Source of the DNA: Thecamonas trahens ATCC 50062
Lineage: Eukaryota > Protista > Apusomonadida
Direction: 5' to 3'
Length of the DNA stretch: 64,000 nt
NCBI RefSeq assembly: GCF_000142905.1
Contig: NW_013657629.1
Location: 62,001-126,000, forward strand
The notes under the pieces were generated by a model, which saw only the letters and a program-made list of their open reading frames with translations, was not told the origin of the DNA and did not search any database. Position numbers and translations under genes: made by a program. This document shows, piece after piece, positions 45,259 to 54,408 of this stretch; the stretch's first letter is position 1; every line of letters starts with the position of its first letter.

Positions 45259-46188
45259 TTATCGTACTTGTGCGACCGACTGTGGCTGTCGGCCAGCCCG
45301 CGGCTGGGGCTTGCGCCCGCAGACAATGAGCAGACTCGGCGCCGGAGCATACTTGGCGGCGGCGGGATATGCGGCGAGGTCGAGGCCCGAGACAGCAAAC
45401 GGGATCTCGGTCAAGCAATCAAGAATGAGGCCTGCGTCGAGCACGGCGTTGACATAGTCGGCGACGCCGTGGAGAGCAGCGCCGAGGCGGAACTCGATCT
45501 CCTCGCCCGATGCGGTGTCGACGGTGCGAAAGTTGGCCTCGGCTCCCCGGTACGCCATATACGGGTGGTACGCCGAGAGCAGCAGCCGCCCGCCGGGCGC
45601 TGTTGCGCCGGCCAGCGCAGCCACCGTAGCCGCCAGATCGGTGATGTGCTCGCCGACAAGGGCGCATACAACAACAGCGCACCCACCCTCCGGCGCCCAG
45701 CTGCTTGTCTCGGCGCTGACGTTGAGATCACCCTCACCCAGCTGCCAGCAGACTCTGCCGTGACCATCGCGGCTGCCGAGCCGCTCGCGAGCGACAGCAA
45801 GCATGCCAGGTGCAAAGTCGATGCCGACAACGTCGACATGAATGCCGCCGTCGTCGCCGCTACCCGCGCCCGTCGCCTCCATCGCTTCGACCGCAGCGTC
45901 GACAATGGCCGCCGTGACTCGCCCAGTCCCGCAGCCTGCGTCCAGGACGGAGATCGCTTGCGGCACCTTGCCAGATGTCGACGCCGCAGCCGCCTGGACC
46001 GCAGCCGCAGCCGCCGCCTCGGCTACAGCATCGGCCACGGCCGCGGTGACGAGCGGCACAAAGACACCACTGTCCATGGCAACGACAAAGTTGGGCGTCG
46101 CATCGTACGTCGCTGCCCATGCGTTGTAGCCCTCGCGCGTGTCGACTGAGACTCGTCGCATCCCGTCTGAAGCTGGCGCCTTCTCCAT
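45259..46188 (-). CDS. Class I SAM-dependent methyltransferase
   Basis: GYNAWAATYD; VLDAGCGTGR; GIDFAPGML; LVGEHI.DL..PGGRLLLS.YHP. Confidence 0.9.
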   Translation of the reverse strand: MEKAPASDGMRRVSVDTREGYNAWAATYDATPNFVVAMDSGVFVPLVTAAVADAVAEAAAAAAVQAAAASTSGKVPQAISVLDAGCGTGRVTAAIVDAAVEAMEATGAGSGDDGGIHVDVVGIDFAPGMLAVARERLGSRDGHGRVCWQLGEGDLNVSAETSSWAPEGGCAVVVCALVGEHITDLAATVAALAGATAPGGRLLLSAYHPYMAYRGAEANFRTVDTASGEEIEFRLGAALHGVADYVNAVLDAGLILDCLTEIPFAVSGLDLAAYPAAAKYAPAPSLLIVCGRKPQPRAGRQPQSVAQVR

Positions 46189-47125
46189 GCCCGTTGCTGT
46201 GGCTCTGTGTGTCGAGAGACCTCACCTCTGGCTCGTCGGCTGCCTGTCGCCTGTTTTGACCAGTCGCGAAAGTTCCAATCGAATGCTCAGCGCAAAGACT
46301 CGGATTCCCAGGCAACCGACTGCCTGTCGGCCCGGCCTTGTATATGGTGGTGACTTGCTCGCGCTGGCGGTCCTGGTCCAAAGCGCGGCAGCAATAGTGA
46401 TGATTGAAACCGAGCGTCCATTACTCTCCCCGCATGAGGGAGGAAGGTGGAGATGGTGGTGCCCACGAAAAAACATGATCGCCCCTTTTCGCCATCCACC
46501 CCCTCCCCCTCATCTGTGCAAAGTAAAACACATCCTTCTTTCGCTAGTCACGTGAAAAAGGCCGACCTCGTCAGAAGACGTCGCTGATGTTACCAAGCTC
46601 GATATCAACGAGCGCGATGATGACGAGCGATGACGACGAGAGCGACGTTGAAGTGGAGACGGATGGCAGAGAGTGTTGACGTCGACGTCGCTGGCGGCTG
46701 GACGACAAGCGGAGCATCTGTCGAGTGCCACGACGGATCGAGTGCTGGCGCGACAGCCCGAGACGAGGTGGACGGCTTGGCTGTTGAAGCTTTCCGCGAG
46801 GCTGCCGACGCTTTCGACGCCACGGACTCTGACGACGATTGAACGGTAGGCAAAGACGGGAGCTTCCACGCAGGCTGTGATAGGCTGGGCTGCGGCCTGG
46901 CGGAGACAGTCGTGTCTCCACGTTGTCTGTTCAAGCATCGCGGGAGCTCGCCAACGAGGTAGCCGATGAGGACTCGGGTGAGAGCGCAATCGGTGGGTCG
47001 TCGGGAAGGGTCACCTCCCAATACTCGGTGGTGGTCTTGCCGATTGGTTGCGTCCGTACATTTGCAGCAAGTGTCTACCACAGCCATGTCCAACGTAAGA
47101 CCTGCATTCGTACATTTCTCATCGC

Positions 47126-48769
47126 CTACGCCTTGGCACGCTTCCCTGCCGGCTCGCCTTCGGCTCCGCTGACCCGGCGCTTGCTCCCAACAGCCGCAGC
47201 ACTGCTGCCTGCGTCGTTCCCCCCGGCAGCCGCGCTCGGATCGCCGCGGCGCTTGGCCGCGTAGGCAGCCTTCATCTTGGTAAGGTTCGCAGTCTTGGCT
47301 GCCGCATGGTCAACGATCGGCTCTGGATAGTCGCGCCCAAGGACCACGCCCGCGTCGGCGAGCACGTCCTCCGGTGCGTCGAACGGTGCCATGAGGTGCT
47401 TGTCTGGCAGACGGGCAAGCTCGGGAACCCAGCGGCGGACATAGGCGTGGGCAGACGCTCCATACTTGTTGCCAAAGCTGATCGGTGAGTACACCCGCCA
47501 GTACTGGTGGAAAAAGGCCGAGGCTGAGAGCCAGAGCCAGTTGCCGATGTTGAGGTAGTGGTCGGCGTCGAGAAGGAGCGAGTTGAACACTCCCGCACCG
47601 GCCTCCCAGCTCTGCCACAGGTAGCCGCGGGTGAGGAAACAGGCCACAAGGTGGCGCGCCAAGTGATGAACCCATCCTGTTGCCCGCAGCTGTCGCATCA
47701 CTGCGTCGATGAGGGGGAAGCCGGTCCGGCCCTCGGCCCACGCCGCCACCTTGTCCGGCTCGTCATCCCACGGAATGATGCGGGAGAGCGGATTGGTGGC
47801 CATCGCCTCGTAGCCTGGCGTCCGGCTCCCAACCACTGTGTAAAACTCGCGCCACAGGACCTGGCCCACCAGCGAGACCGGCGGCTGACTCACACTCCGC
47901 TTGCTCTTCTCCTCCACCGCTCGCAGCTGCTCGTAAAACCGCCGCACAGAGAGCGTGCCAAATTTGAGATGTGCAGAAAGGCCCGTAGTAGATGGCGGCT
48001 CGGCGAATGGATTGGTCTTGGGCTTTTCAAACGTCACAACTCGGTCCACGTCCGCAAGGAACGCACGCATCCGCTCTTGCGCCTCGGCCTCACCGCCCGG
48101 AAACGCGCGCGAGCTGCCGTCGCCCTCGCTTCGCCCAGGAAACGCAGCCATACCCGGAACAGCAAACCGCTCAGTATCCTTTGCTACCGCGTCGACCGCA
48201 GCCTGAGGCAGCGGTGGCAGCTCTGTCGGCGCCTCAATCGGCGCCTGCGGCTGCCACCCGCGCTTGGCGATCAGCTTCCTCATCCCACCAAACGTCGTCG
48301 GTAGCGCGGCATCCGGCACACTCTCCCACACTTCCATCGGATAGATCAGGTTGGGCTCGCTCGTCTCCACCGCGAGCTTGTCATCGGCCGCCATCCGTGT
48401 CGCCTTGGCGTCGCGGATCTTGGCGTATGGTTCGTAGTCGGCCTCAAAGTGGAGCGAGTCGGCCCCGACCTCGCGCCACAGCGCCTGAAGTGTGTCCAGC
48501 GCTCCCTTCTCCGGCGTGCCCTTGATCACCAGCAGCTGCGAGCCGAGCGCCCGCAGCGACGAGTCCAGCGCCAACAGCGACTCCAGGAGGAAGACTAGCC
48601 GGGTGTCGCCGACGTACGCCCGGGTGAGCAGGTGCGGATCGAGGACAAAGACAGGAACCACCGCGGCTGCCGCATCCGCCGCCGCCGCCAGCGCCGGGTT
48701 GTCGTCCACCCGTAGCGCCTTGCGGAACCACACCATGGCCACCTGTCGCGAACCCATCCTTGCTGCCAT
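47126..48769 (-). CDS. (6-4) photolyase / animal-type cryptochrome family protein
   Basis: VWFRKALRVDDNPAL; FPGGE.EA; FEKPKT; TTGLSAHLKFG.LS; LWREFY; GRTGFPLIDA.MRQL..GWVHHLARHLVACFLTRG; LLDAD..N.GNWLWLS.SAFFHQY.RVYSP. Confidence 0.96.
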   Translation of the reverse strand: MAARMGSRQVAMVWFRKALRVDDNPALAAAADAAAAVVPVFVLDPHLLTRAYVGDTRLVFLLESLLALDSSLRALGSQLLVIKGTPEKGALDTLQALWREVGADSLHFEADYEPYAKIRDAKATRMAADDKLAVETSEPNLIYPMEVWESVPDAALPTTFGGMRKLIAKRGWQPQAPIEAPTELPPLPQAAVDAVAKDTERFAVPGMAAFPGRSEGDGSSRAFPGGEAEAQERMRAFLADVDRVVTFEKPKTNPFAEPPSTTGLSAHLKFGTLSVRRFYEQLRAVEEKSKRSVSQPPVSLVGQVLWREFYTVVGSRTPGYEAMATNPLSRIIPWDDEPDKVAAWAEGRTGFPLIDAVMRQLRATGWVHHLARHLVACFLTRGYLWQSWEAGAGVFNSLLLDADHYLNIGNWLWLSASAFFHQYWRVYSPISFGNKYGASAHAYVRRWVPELARLPDKHLMAPFDAPEDVLADAGVVLGRDYPEPIVDHAAAKTANLTKMKAAYAAKRRGDPSAAAGGNDAGSSAAAVGSKRRVSGAEGEPAGKRAKA

Positions 48770-49629
48770 TTGCTTCGGCTGCGTGACGTGTGGCCGCAAC
48801 TCGTCGTCGGTGACTCCGCTGGAACCTCCGCCATGCTAGCAACAGATGTTGGCTGATGTGACATGTTTGTTCGGTCTGGGTGCTCCTGTCATTAAACCCA
48901 TTTGGCGAGGGGACAATTTGGCAGTGGAACCAATAAAATGCTCAGCCGGACTCCCTGGGTTTGAATGCGTTCATCCTATGCTGAAAATACCCGATCCCGT
49001 CTCGCTCTCGGAAGTCAAGCAGCATGAGGCTTGGTTAGTACTGTGGTGGGGGACCACACGGGAATACCGAGTAACGCATTCTTTCTTCTTTTTGCCCAAA
49101 CACACACCCTCCCTGTCTGCATCCCCCCCCCCCCACACACATACATCGTCGCACTTTGGGGGACAAATGATCTGAGCTTGGATCGGGTTGGTTAGTCTAC
49201 GGGGAGCCTGTCGCCAAGTTGCGTGTTCGCTTGGCGATCTCGTTCACGATTTCCGACGGCCGGTCACTGGGACCAAACGGGGCGAAACCGTACTCGAGGA
49301 GGCGGAAGACAGTGGCGACGTGATCGGCCCTCCCATCACATCATGCATCTCACTCGGCTCAGCTGGGCCTAGCGGTGGTGCAGCGAATACGTCAAAGTGT
49401 GAGAGAGCGAGCGGGTGGTATGGTTCACGAATAGCCCACACACTCCGACAAATCGCCGTCTCCGCCAATTACCTTCCACACAACACGTGTCGTCAACTGT
49501 CCGCACGCGTCAAGCTATCGTCATCGATCGGGAACGCAAGGAAATTGGCTGACGCAGACAAAGCTCCTCGCGCACTCAGTGCTACTGAACCCCGTACATC
49601 TCTCTCTGCATCACCTTGCTCCCGCAGTT

Positions 49630-50751
49630 ATGCTCGGAAGCCGCAGCAGGTTGCTCTACGCGGCGTCGACCGTTGTCCAACTCTGCTTCTCCTTCGCCTT
49701 CTCGCGACTTGCGGGCCGCGCCAACAATGCCGTCCGCTGTCGGCTCGCCACCCTCTCGGCCATGGCGACGTCTATTGCCGCCCTCGCCGCTCTCCTCCAA
49801 GCCGGGGACATCGGTATTATCGCAGTCCATGGGCGTCCGGTTGCCTGGTCTCGCTACGCCGACTATGCGCTTGCTACCCCATGTATGTTGCTAGGTGTGG
49901 TACAAGCGTCTCCCCTATCCAACCCTGCGCTTTTTTTCTCACTTTCACTCACCCCCCTTCACCCGCACTCCCCCAACACAGTGCTCCTCCATCAGCTCCA
50001 GCTTCTGGTAGACATGGGCAGCGACGACTGCGCACGTGGCATGCTCTTCCAGGTCCTTATCATTTGCGCCGGAATGGCCGGGGCAATGATCGATGACCTT
50101 CCGGTCTCGCTGGCCACCGCTGGCTTTGGCGTTGTTCTCTTTCTCGCCAACGCCGTGTCGCTGCGGTCAGCGTTTACCCGGCTCGAGACCAAGGCCCGAG
50201 TGCGGACCTTTGTGGGCCGCTTTGTGACGGCGACTCTGTGCATCTGGATGCTCTACCCGATGTGGTGGCTTGTTGTCCGACTCGAGCTCATCGCTGACGA
50301 GACGTCGGCGGTGTTCAACCTTGCGTTCGACGCGCTGTGCAAGGGCGGCTTTGGTCTCGTCCTCTGGGCCTTTGCCCACCGCAACCGGGACGCCATCGAC
50401 CATCTCTCCACCGTAATCTCGCAGCCGACGCTGGATACTACGTCGCTCATCGAGCTTCATAGCGGGGCGAAGGCGCCTGCCGATAACGGTGCGTCTGTCG
50501 GGCTGACTGTCGACGTCGGCTTGCGGACGATGTCAGAGTCGTCGTCGTCGTCGTCGTCATCATCGTCATCATCGTCGTTGCTCATTTCGCAATCTGACTC
50601 TGATGATGATGCGACCGGAAAGGTAGTTACGGCCAAGCGAGTCTTGCGTCGGAAACGCCGAGAGAAGAACAGGTCACGGGCGATGTCGCGGACGTCAGCG
50701 CGTGTGGCGCCGGCGCGGTCGCCATCGCTGCCGCACATCATGGGCGTTTAA
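49630..50751 (+). CDS. Divergent microbial (type-1) rhodopsin with long C-terminal tail; at least 2 exons
   Basis: Removing intron 49883-49981 (GTATGT...ACAG) gives helix C WSRYADYALATPLLLHQL. Helix F IWMLYPMWW; helix G FDALCKGGFG with the retinal Lys; 7 hydrophobic segments. An extra upstream exon is possible (CCCGCAG near 49627). Confidence 0.9.
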   Translation: MLGSRSRLLYAASTVVQLCFSFAFSRLAGRANNAVRCRLATLSAMATSIAALAALLQAGDIGIIAVHGRPVAWSRYADYALATPCMLLGVVQASPLSNPALFFSLSLTPLHPHSPNTVLLHQLQLLVDMGSDDCARGMLFQVLIICAGMAGAMIDDLPVSLATAGFGVVLFLANAVSLRSAFTRLETKARVRTFVGRFVTATLCIWMLYPMWWLVVRLELIADETSAVFNLAFDALCKGGFGLVLWAFAHRNRDAIDHLSTVISQPTLDTTSLIELHSGAKAPADNGASVGLTVDVGLRTMSESSSSSSSSSSSSSLLISQSDSDDDATGKVVTAKRVLRRKRREKNRSRAMSRTSARVAPARSPSLPHIMGV

Positions 50752-50766
50752 TAGCCGCGAGTAGCC

Positions 50767-53700
50767 TCATGCCCTCGGACGAGCGGCGCGGGCACAGCCG
50801 ACCACACGCCCGGCCCAGAGGGCAGCAGAGATCGGCGTCTGAGCCTCGAGCTCGATCAGATCAACACGCGCCGGGTTCTCCGGGGCGGTGGCAAGAATGT
50901 GGAGGCTGGTACCGGAAGCCTCGGCGCGAACTATGCGGTCGAGCGGGAGCTCCCAGTTCGGCGAGTCGTCTTCGATCGGCGCGGAGGCAGTAGCTTGGCT
51001 GCCATCACCAGCCTGATTGCAAGGATAAAGCTGCAGAGCATTCGGCGCGATGCGAGCAAATGCCAGCGGACGTGATGGGAGGGCGAGGCCGCGTGAGAGG
51101 CCACCGACAACGTCGCCGCGAAGAGCTGCGGTGAGGAGGACGTCGACATGGTGGGGCCCAACGCCAAGTGAGGCCCGGAGCTCGGCTGGGCTGAGCGAAG
51201 GCACCGCAAGGACGAGCCAGCGGAGGTACGTGAGGTCGCTCGAGGGGCAAGCCCGGGCGGCAGCAGCCATCAGCGGCGTCATGCCGGACTCGTGCGCCAC
51301 ATCGCCAAGCCAGAGGTCGGGTGTATGGAGCAGGAGTGCGTCCAGCAGCTCGGGCATGCTCTCGAGATCGGTGTGGAGAAGAGTGCAGCCGCCGACGCCA
51401 CGCGAGACATCAAGCGTTGGCCGCTGCGCCGCTGCATACGCCACCTCGCTGCGCCCGCACATGATGATTGGCGTTTGGTCGCCGGCAATAGTGACGTTGA
51501 CCTCGGCGCCGGCGGCGATGAGGGCGCACGCCGCAGCGGTGTTACCGGCCTTGACTGCGAGACTGAGCGGCGATGCGCTATCGTTGTTGATGGCGTCGAC
51601 GTCAGCGCCAGCGTCGATAAGTACCGCAACAAGCGTAGTCGCCATCACGTCGCGCACGTGGCTTGCGGCGAGATGGAGCGGATGCGCGCCGCGCTCGTCG
51701 GCCGCAACTACCAGCGACGGCGGTGAGGCGGCGAGGATGCACTCCAAGACTCGTGCAGCATCGCCAGGAGCAGCGGCTGCAGGCGGAGCGCATGCTCGGT
51801 GGGCGGCATTTTGGCCGCGACTGTCAACCAGGCTGACGGTGGCCTGAGCGGCGAGGAGGGCGACGACACCGTCGAACCATGTGCGACTTGCAGCGAGCAT
51901 GAGCGGTGTCTCCGAGCTGGCATTGGCATAGTCGACAGCGGCGGGACAGGCCGCCGTAAGGAGAAGCTCTACCACCGACGCGTTCCGCGATGCGACGGCG
52001 GCGTGGAGCGGGGTGTCGCCGCGGGTGTCGGGGGCAGCAACAAGGTCGCAGCAGGCGGCTGCTTCTGTTGAGAGGAGCTCTGCCACGGCGCCGGGCGAGC
52101 TGCGCGCGGCATGGAGGAGGGTGCGGCCCGAGGCATCGCGCCCGGTGAGCGGCCATCCCAGGCCGCGGAGCATAAAGCTGAGGGCAGCGACGTTGTCTGC
52201 CGCTGCGGCGCGATGGAGGAGATCGGTGGCTGCCGCGGTGCCGAGTGACTGCAGTGCAGGCTCGAGGACGGCCATGACCTCAGTGGGTGCATGGGCGGCG
52301 GCGACAGCGAGCGGCGAGACGGCGGCAGGCGAGAGGGTGTGGGCAGCGGCACCGGCAGCGAGGAGGACAGCTACAATGTCGGCTTTGCCACGGACAATGG
52401 CAGTGTGAAGCGCGGTGTACCCGGCAGTTGTGGCGGCGTTGATCGGCGCACCAGCGTCGATGAGGACCGCCACGGGTGCGGCGGTCGACGCCCACTGCGC
52501 GGCTGTGACGAGAACGGGCGATGCATAGCTTCCGTGTGTTGCATCGAGCGGCGCACAGAGGTCATCGACCAAAACCCGCATGACAGGCACGTGTTCTCCA
52601 GTGGCTGCCAGATGCAGCGCCGACGCTAGGACATCGGGGCCGATGTTACCGACACGGGCGAGGAAGCGGGCGACGTCGACCCGCCCGCGGCGGGCGGCAA
52701 GCTCAAACGCGGTGTGGCCGGCGTCATCCGTGGCAGCCACCGCAGCTGGTGAGAGTTCGACAAGCACTCGGACAGTCTCGAGATGGCCACCCTCAGCTGC
52801 TAGATGCAGCGCTGCGGCAATGCGCTCAGGATCGGCACCGCTCTTGACAAGGAGCGCCACCACTTCGGTGTGCCCCGAGCGGGCCGCGGCTTCGACGGCG
52901 CTGGGCGCGTCGCCGGACAAGCGGTCAAAGGTGCCGTCACATTGACGAGCGCCAGCTTTGAGCAACTCGCGGACGATGCCAAGGTGGCCGGCCTTGGCGG
53001 CGCCTGTGAGCGGCGGAGATTGCGGCGGCGCGTTGACATCGGCACCGGCCGCAACAAGCGCGGAGACGACCCGGGTGCGGCCGCGGGCGGCAGCTAGAGA
53101 GAGCGGCGTCGAGTCGGTGGCGGTCGTCAGCGCGTCAACTGGCGCGCCGGCAGCCAGAAGCGCGCGCACCGCATCGAGATTCCCAAGCAGGGCTGCAGTG
53201 TGGAGCGGGGAGGTGCCGGCAACAGCACGGGTGTCGACGCGGGCGCCGGCGGCAAGAAGCGCAGACGCCACATCAAGGTTATTCTCCTTGACGGCGTGAT
53301 GGAGCGGGGTGAACCCGTCGTGTGAGCGGGCATCGAGGGCAGCACCGCTGGCGATGAGCACTTCGGCGACCGCCAGTGCGCCGGTCCGCGCCGCGAGATG
53401 CAGCGGGGTGCGCCCGCTCTTGCTTTGCGCGTTGATGTCGGCGGCCGAGTGGCCAACGATGACCTTGGCCACTTTCGCATGGCTTCGCAGCGCAGTGACA
53501 TGCAGCGGCGTCCATTCGCGGTCGTTGACAACCTTGGGCGACGCCGCTAGCTTGTTCAGCAAGTGCTCTGTTGCGCTCACATGCCCGCACCACACCGCGG
53601 CGTGGAGCACCCGCCCACCGCAGTCATGAACCCGCGCGTCGATGTCGAACTCGAGGTGCTTGCCAAGGATCGCTAGCATGCCGACGTTGCCCGAGGCGGC

Positions 53701-54171
53701 AGCGAGGGAGAAGAGCTCGCCCACCTTTTCGCCAACCGAGCGGAGATTAGCAGCTAGATTGGCGTGGCCCATGCCCGCCAACAGAGCCTGCGCCGCCGCA
53801 CACCGTCCGCCCATCACCGCCACACGCAGCGGCGACGCATTGTCGTTTCGGACCTGATACGGGTTCGCCGATGTCTTCTCCAGCAAGTACGTGATGACCT
53901 CACCATGATCGCCAGCTGCAGCCACATGCAGCGGTGACGCGCCGTCGGGCGGTGCCCGCTCATTGACGTCCATGGCGACAAACTCCTGTCCCGTCACAGA
54001 CAAGCGGCTGCGGCTTTCACCGCCACCACCACTGGGCCGCCGCTCTGGCCCCACCTCGCCTCGCCCACGCACCCTATCGCCCTCCAACATCCGAGCCACT
54101 CGCCGGACGTCTCCACGTGCACATGCCTCATGCAGCGGTGTCCGCGACCGGCGTGACGGGATGCCTCCCAT
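50767..54171 (-). CDS. Large ankyrin-repeat protein, possibly N-myristoylated, with possible C-terminal PH-like fold
   Basis: Starts MGGIPS; more than 20 TPLHxAA..LLxAGA repeats. Confidence 0.9.
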   Translation of the reverse strand: MGGIPSRRSRTPLHEACARGDVRRVARMLEGDRVRGRGEVGPERRPSGGGGESRSRLSVTGQEFVAMDVNERAPPDGASPLHVAAAGDHGEVITYLLEKTSANPYQVRNDNASPLRVAVMGGRCAAAQALLAGMGHANLAANLRSVGEKVGELFSLAAASGNVGMLAILGKHLEFDIDARVHDCGGRVLHAAVWCGHVSATEHLLNKLAASPKVVNDREWTPLHVTALRSHAKVAKVIVGHSAADINAQSKSGRTPLHLAARTGALAVAEVLIASGAALDARSHDGFTPLHHAVKENNLDVASALLAAGARVDTRAVAGTSPLHTAALLGNLDAVRALLAAGAPVDALTTATDSTPLSLAAARGRTRVVSALVAAGADVNAPPQSPPLTGAAKAGHLGIVRELLKAGARQCDGTFDRLSGDAPSAVEAAARSGHTEVVALLVKSGADPERIAAALHLAAEGGHLETVRVLVELSPAAVAATDDAGHTAFELAARRGRVDVARFLARVGNIGPDVLASALHLAATGEHVPVMRVLVDDLCAPLDATHGSYASPVLVTAAQWASTAAPVAVLIDAGAPINAATTAGYTALHTAIVRGKADIVAVLLAAGAAAHTLSPAAVSPLAVAAAHAPTEVMAVLEPALQSLGTAAATDLLHRAAAADNVAALSFMLRGLGWPLTGRDASGRTLLHAARSSPGAVAELLSTEAAACCDLVAAPDTRGDTPLHAAVASRNASVVELLLTAACPAAVDYANASSETPLMLAASRTWFDGVVALLAAQATVSLVDSRGQNAAHRACAPPAAAAPGDAARVLECILAASPPSLVVAADERGAHPLHLAASHVRDVMATTLVAVLIDAGADVDAINNDSASPLSLAVKAGNTAAACALIAAGAEVNVTIAGDQTPIIMCGRSEVAYAAAQRPTLDVSRGVGGCTLLHTDLESMPELLDALLLHTPDLWLGDVAHESGMTPLMAAAARACPSSDLTYLRWLVLAVPSLSPAELRASLGVGPHHVDVLLTAALRGDVVGGLSRGLALPSRPLAFARIAPNALQLYPCNQAGDGSQATASAPIEDDSPNWELPLDRIVRAEASGTSLHILATAPENPARVDLIELEAQTPISAALWAGRVVGCARAARPRA

Positions 54172-54408
54172 GGCTACAGTGAGGTCTTTGCTGTTCACTG
54201 TGTGCGAGAAAGAGAGTGTGTGTGGGGGGGCGGACTGCGGCTGAGCCGAAGCCAGGCAAGCGTGGGCTGTGTTGGGTTGGCGTGGGGGGTGCTCGGTGGG
54301 AGTCAACGAAAAATTGCAACCCTCTGGTTTTTCGGGTCGGCAGAGAGCGTGCGTCTGCAGGTCTGCATGTCCTTGCAGCGTCGGTATGCTTCTTCACAAC
54401 TTAATAAC

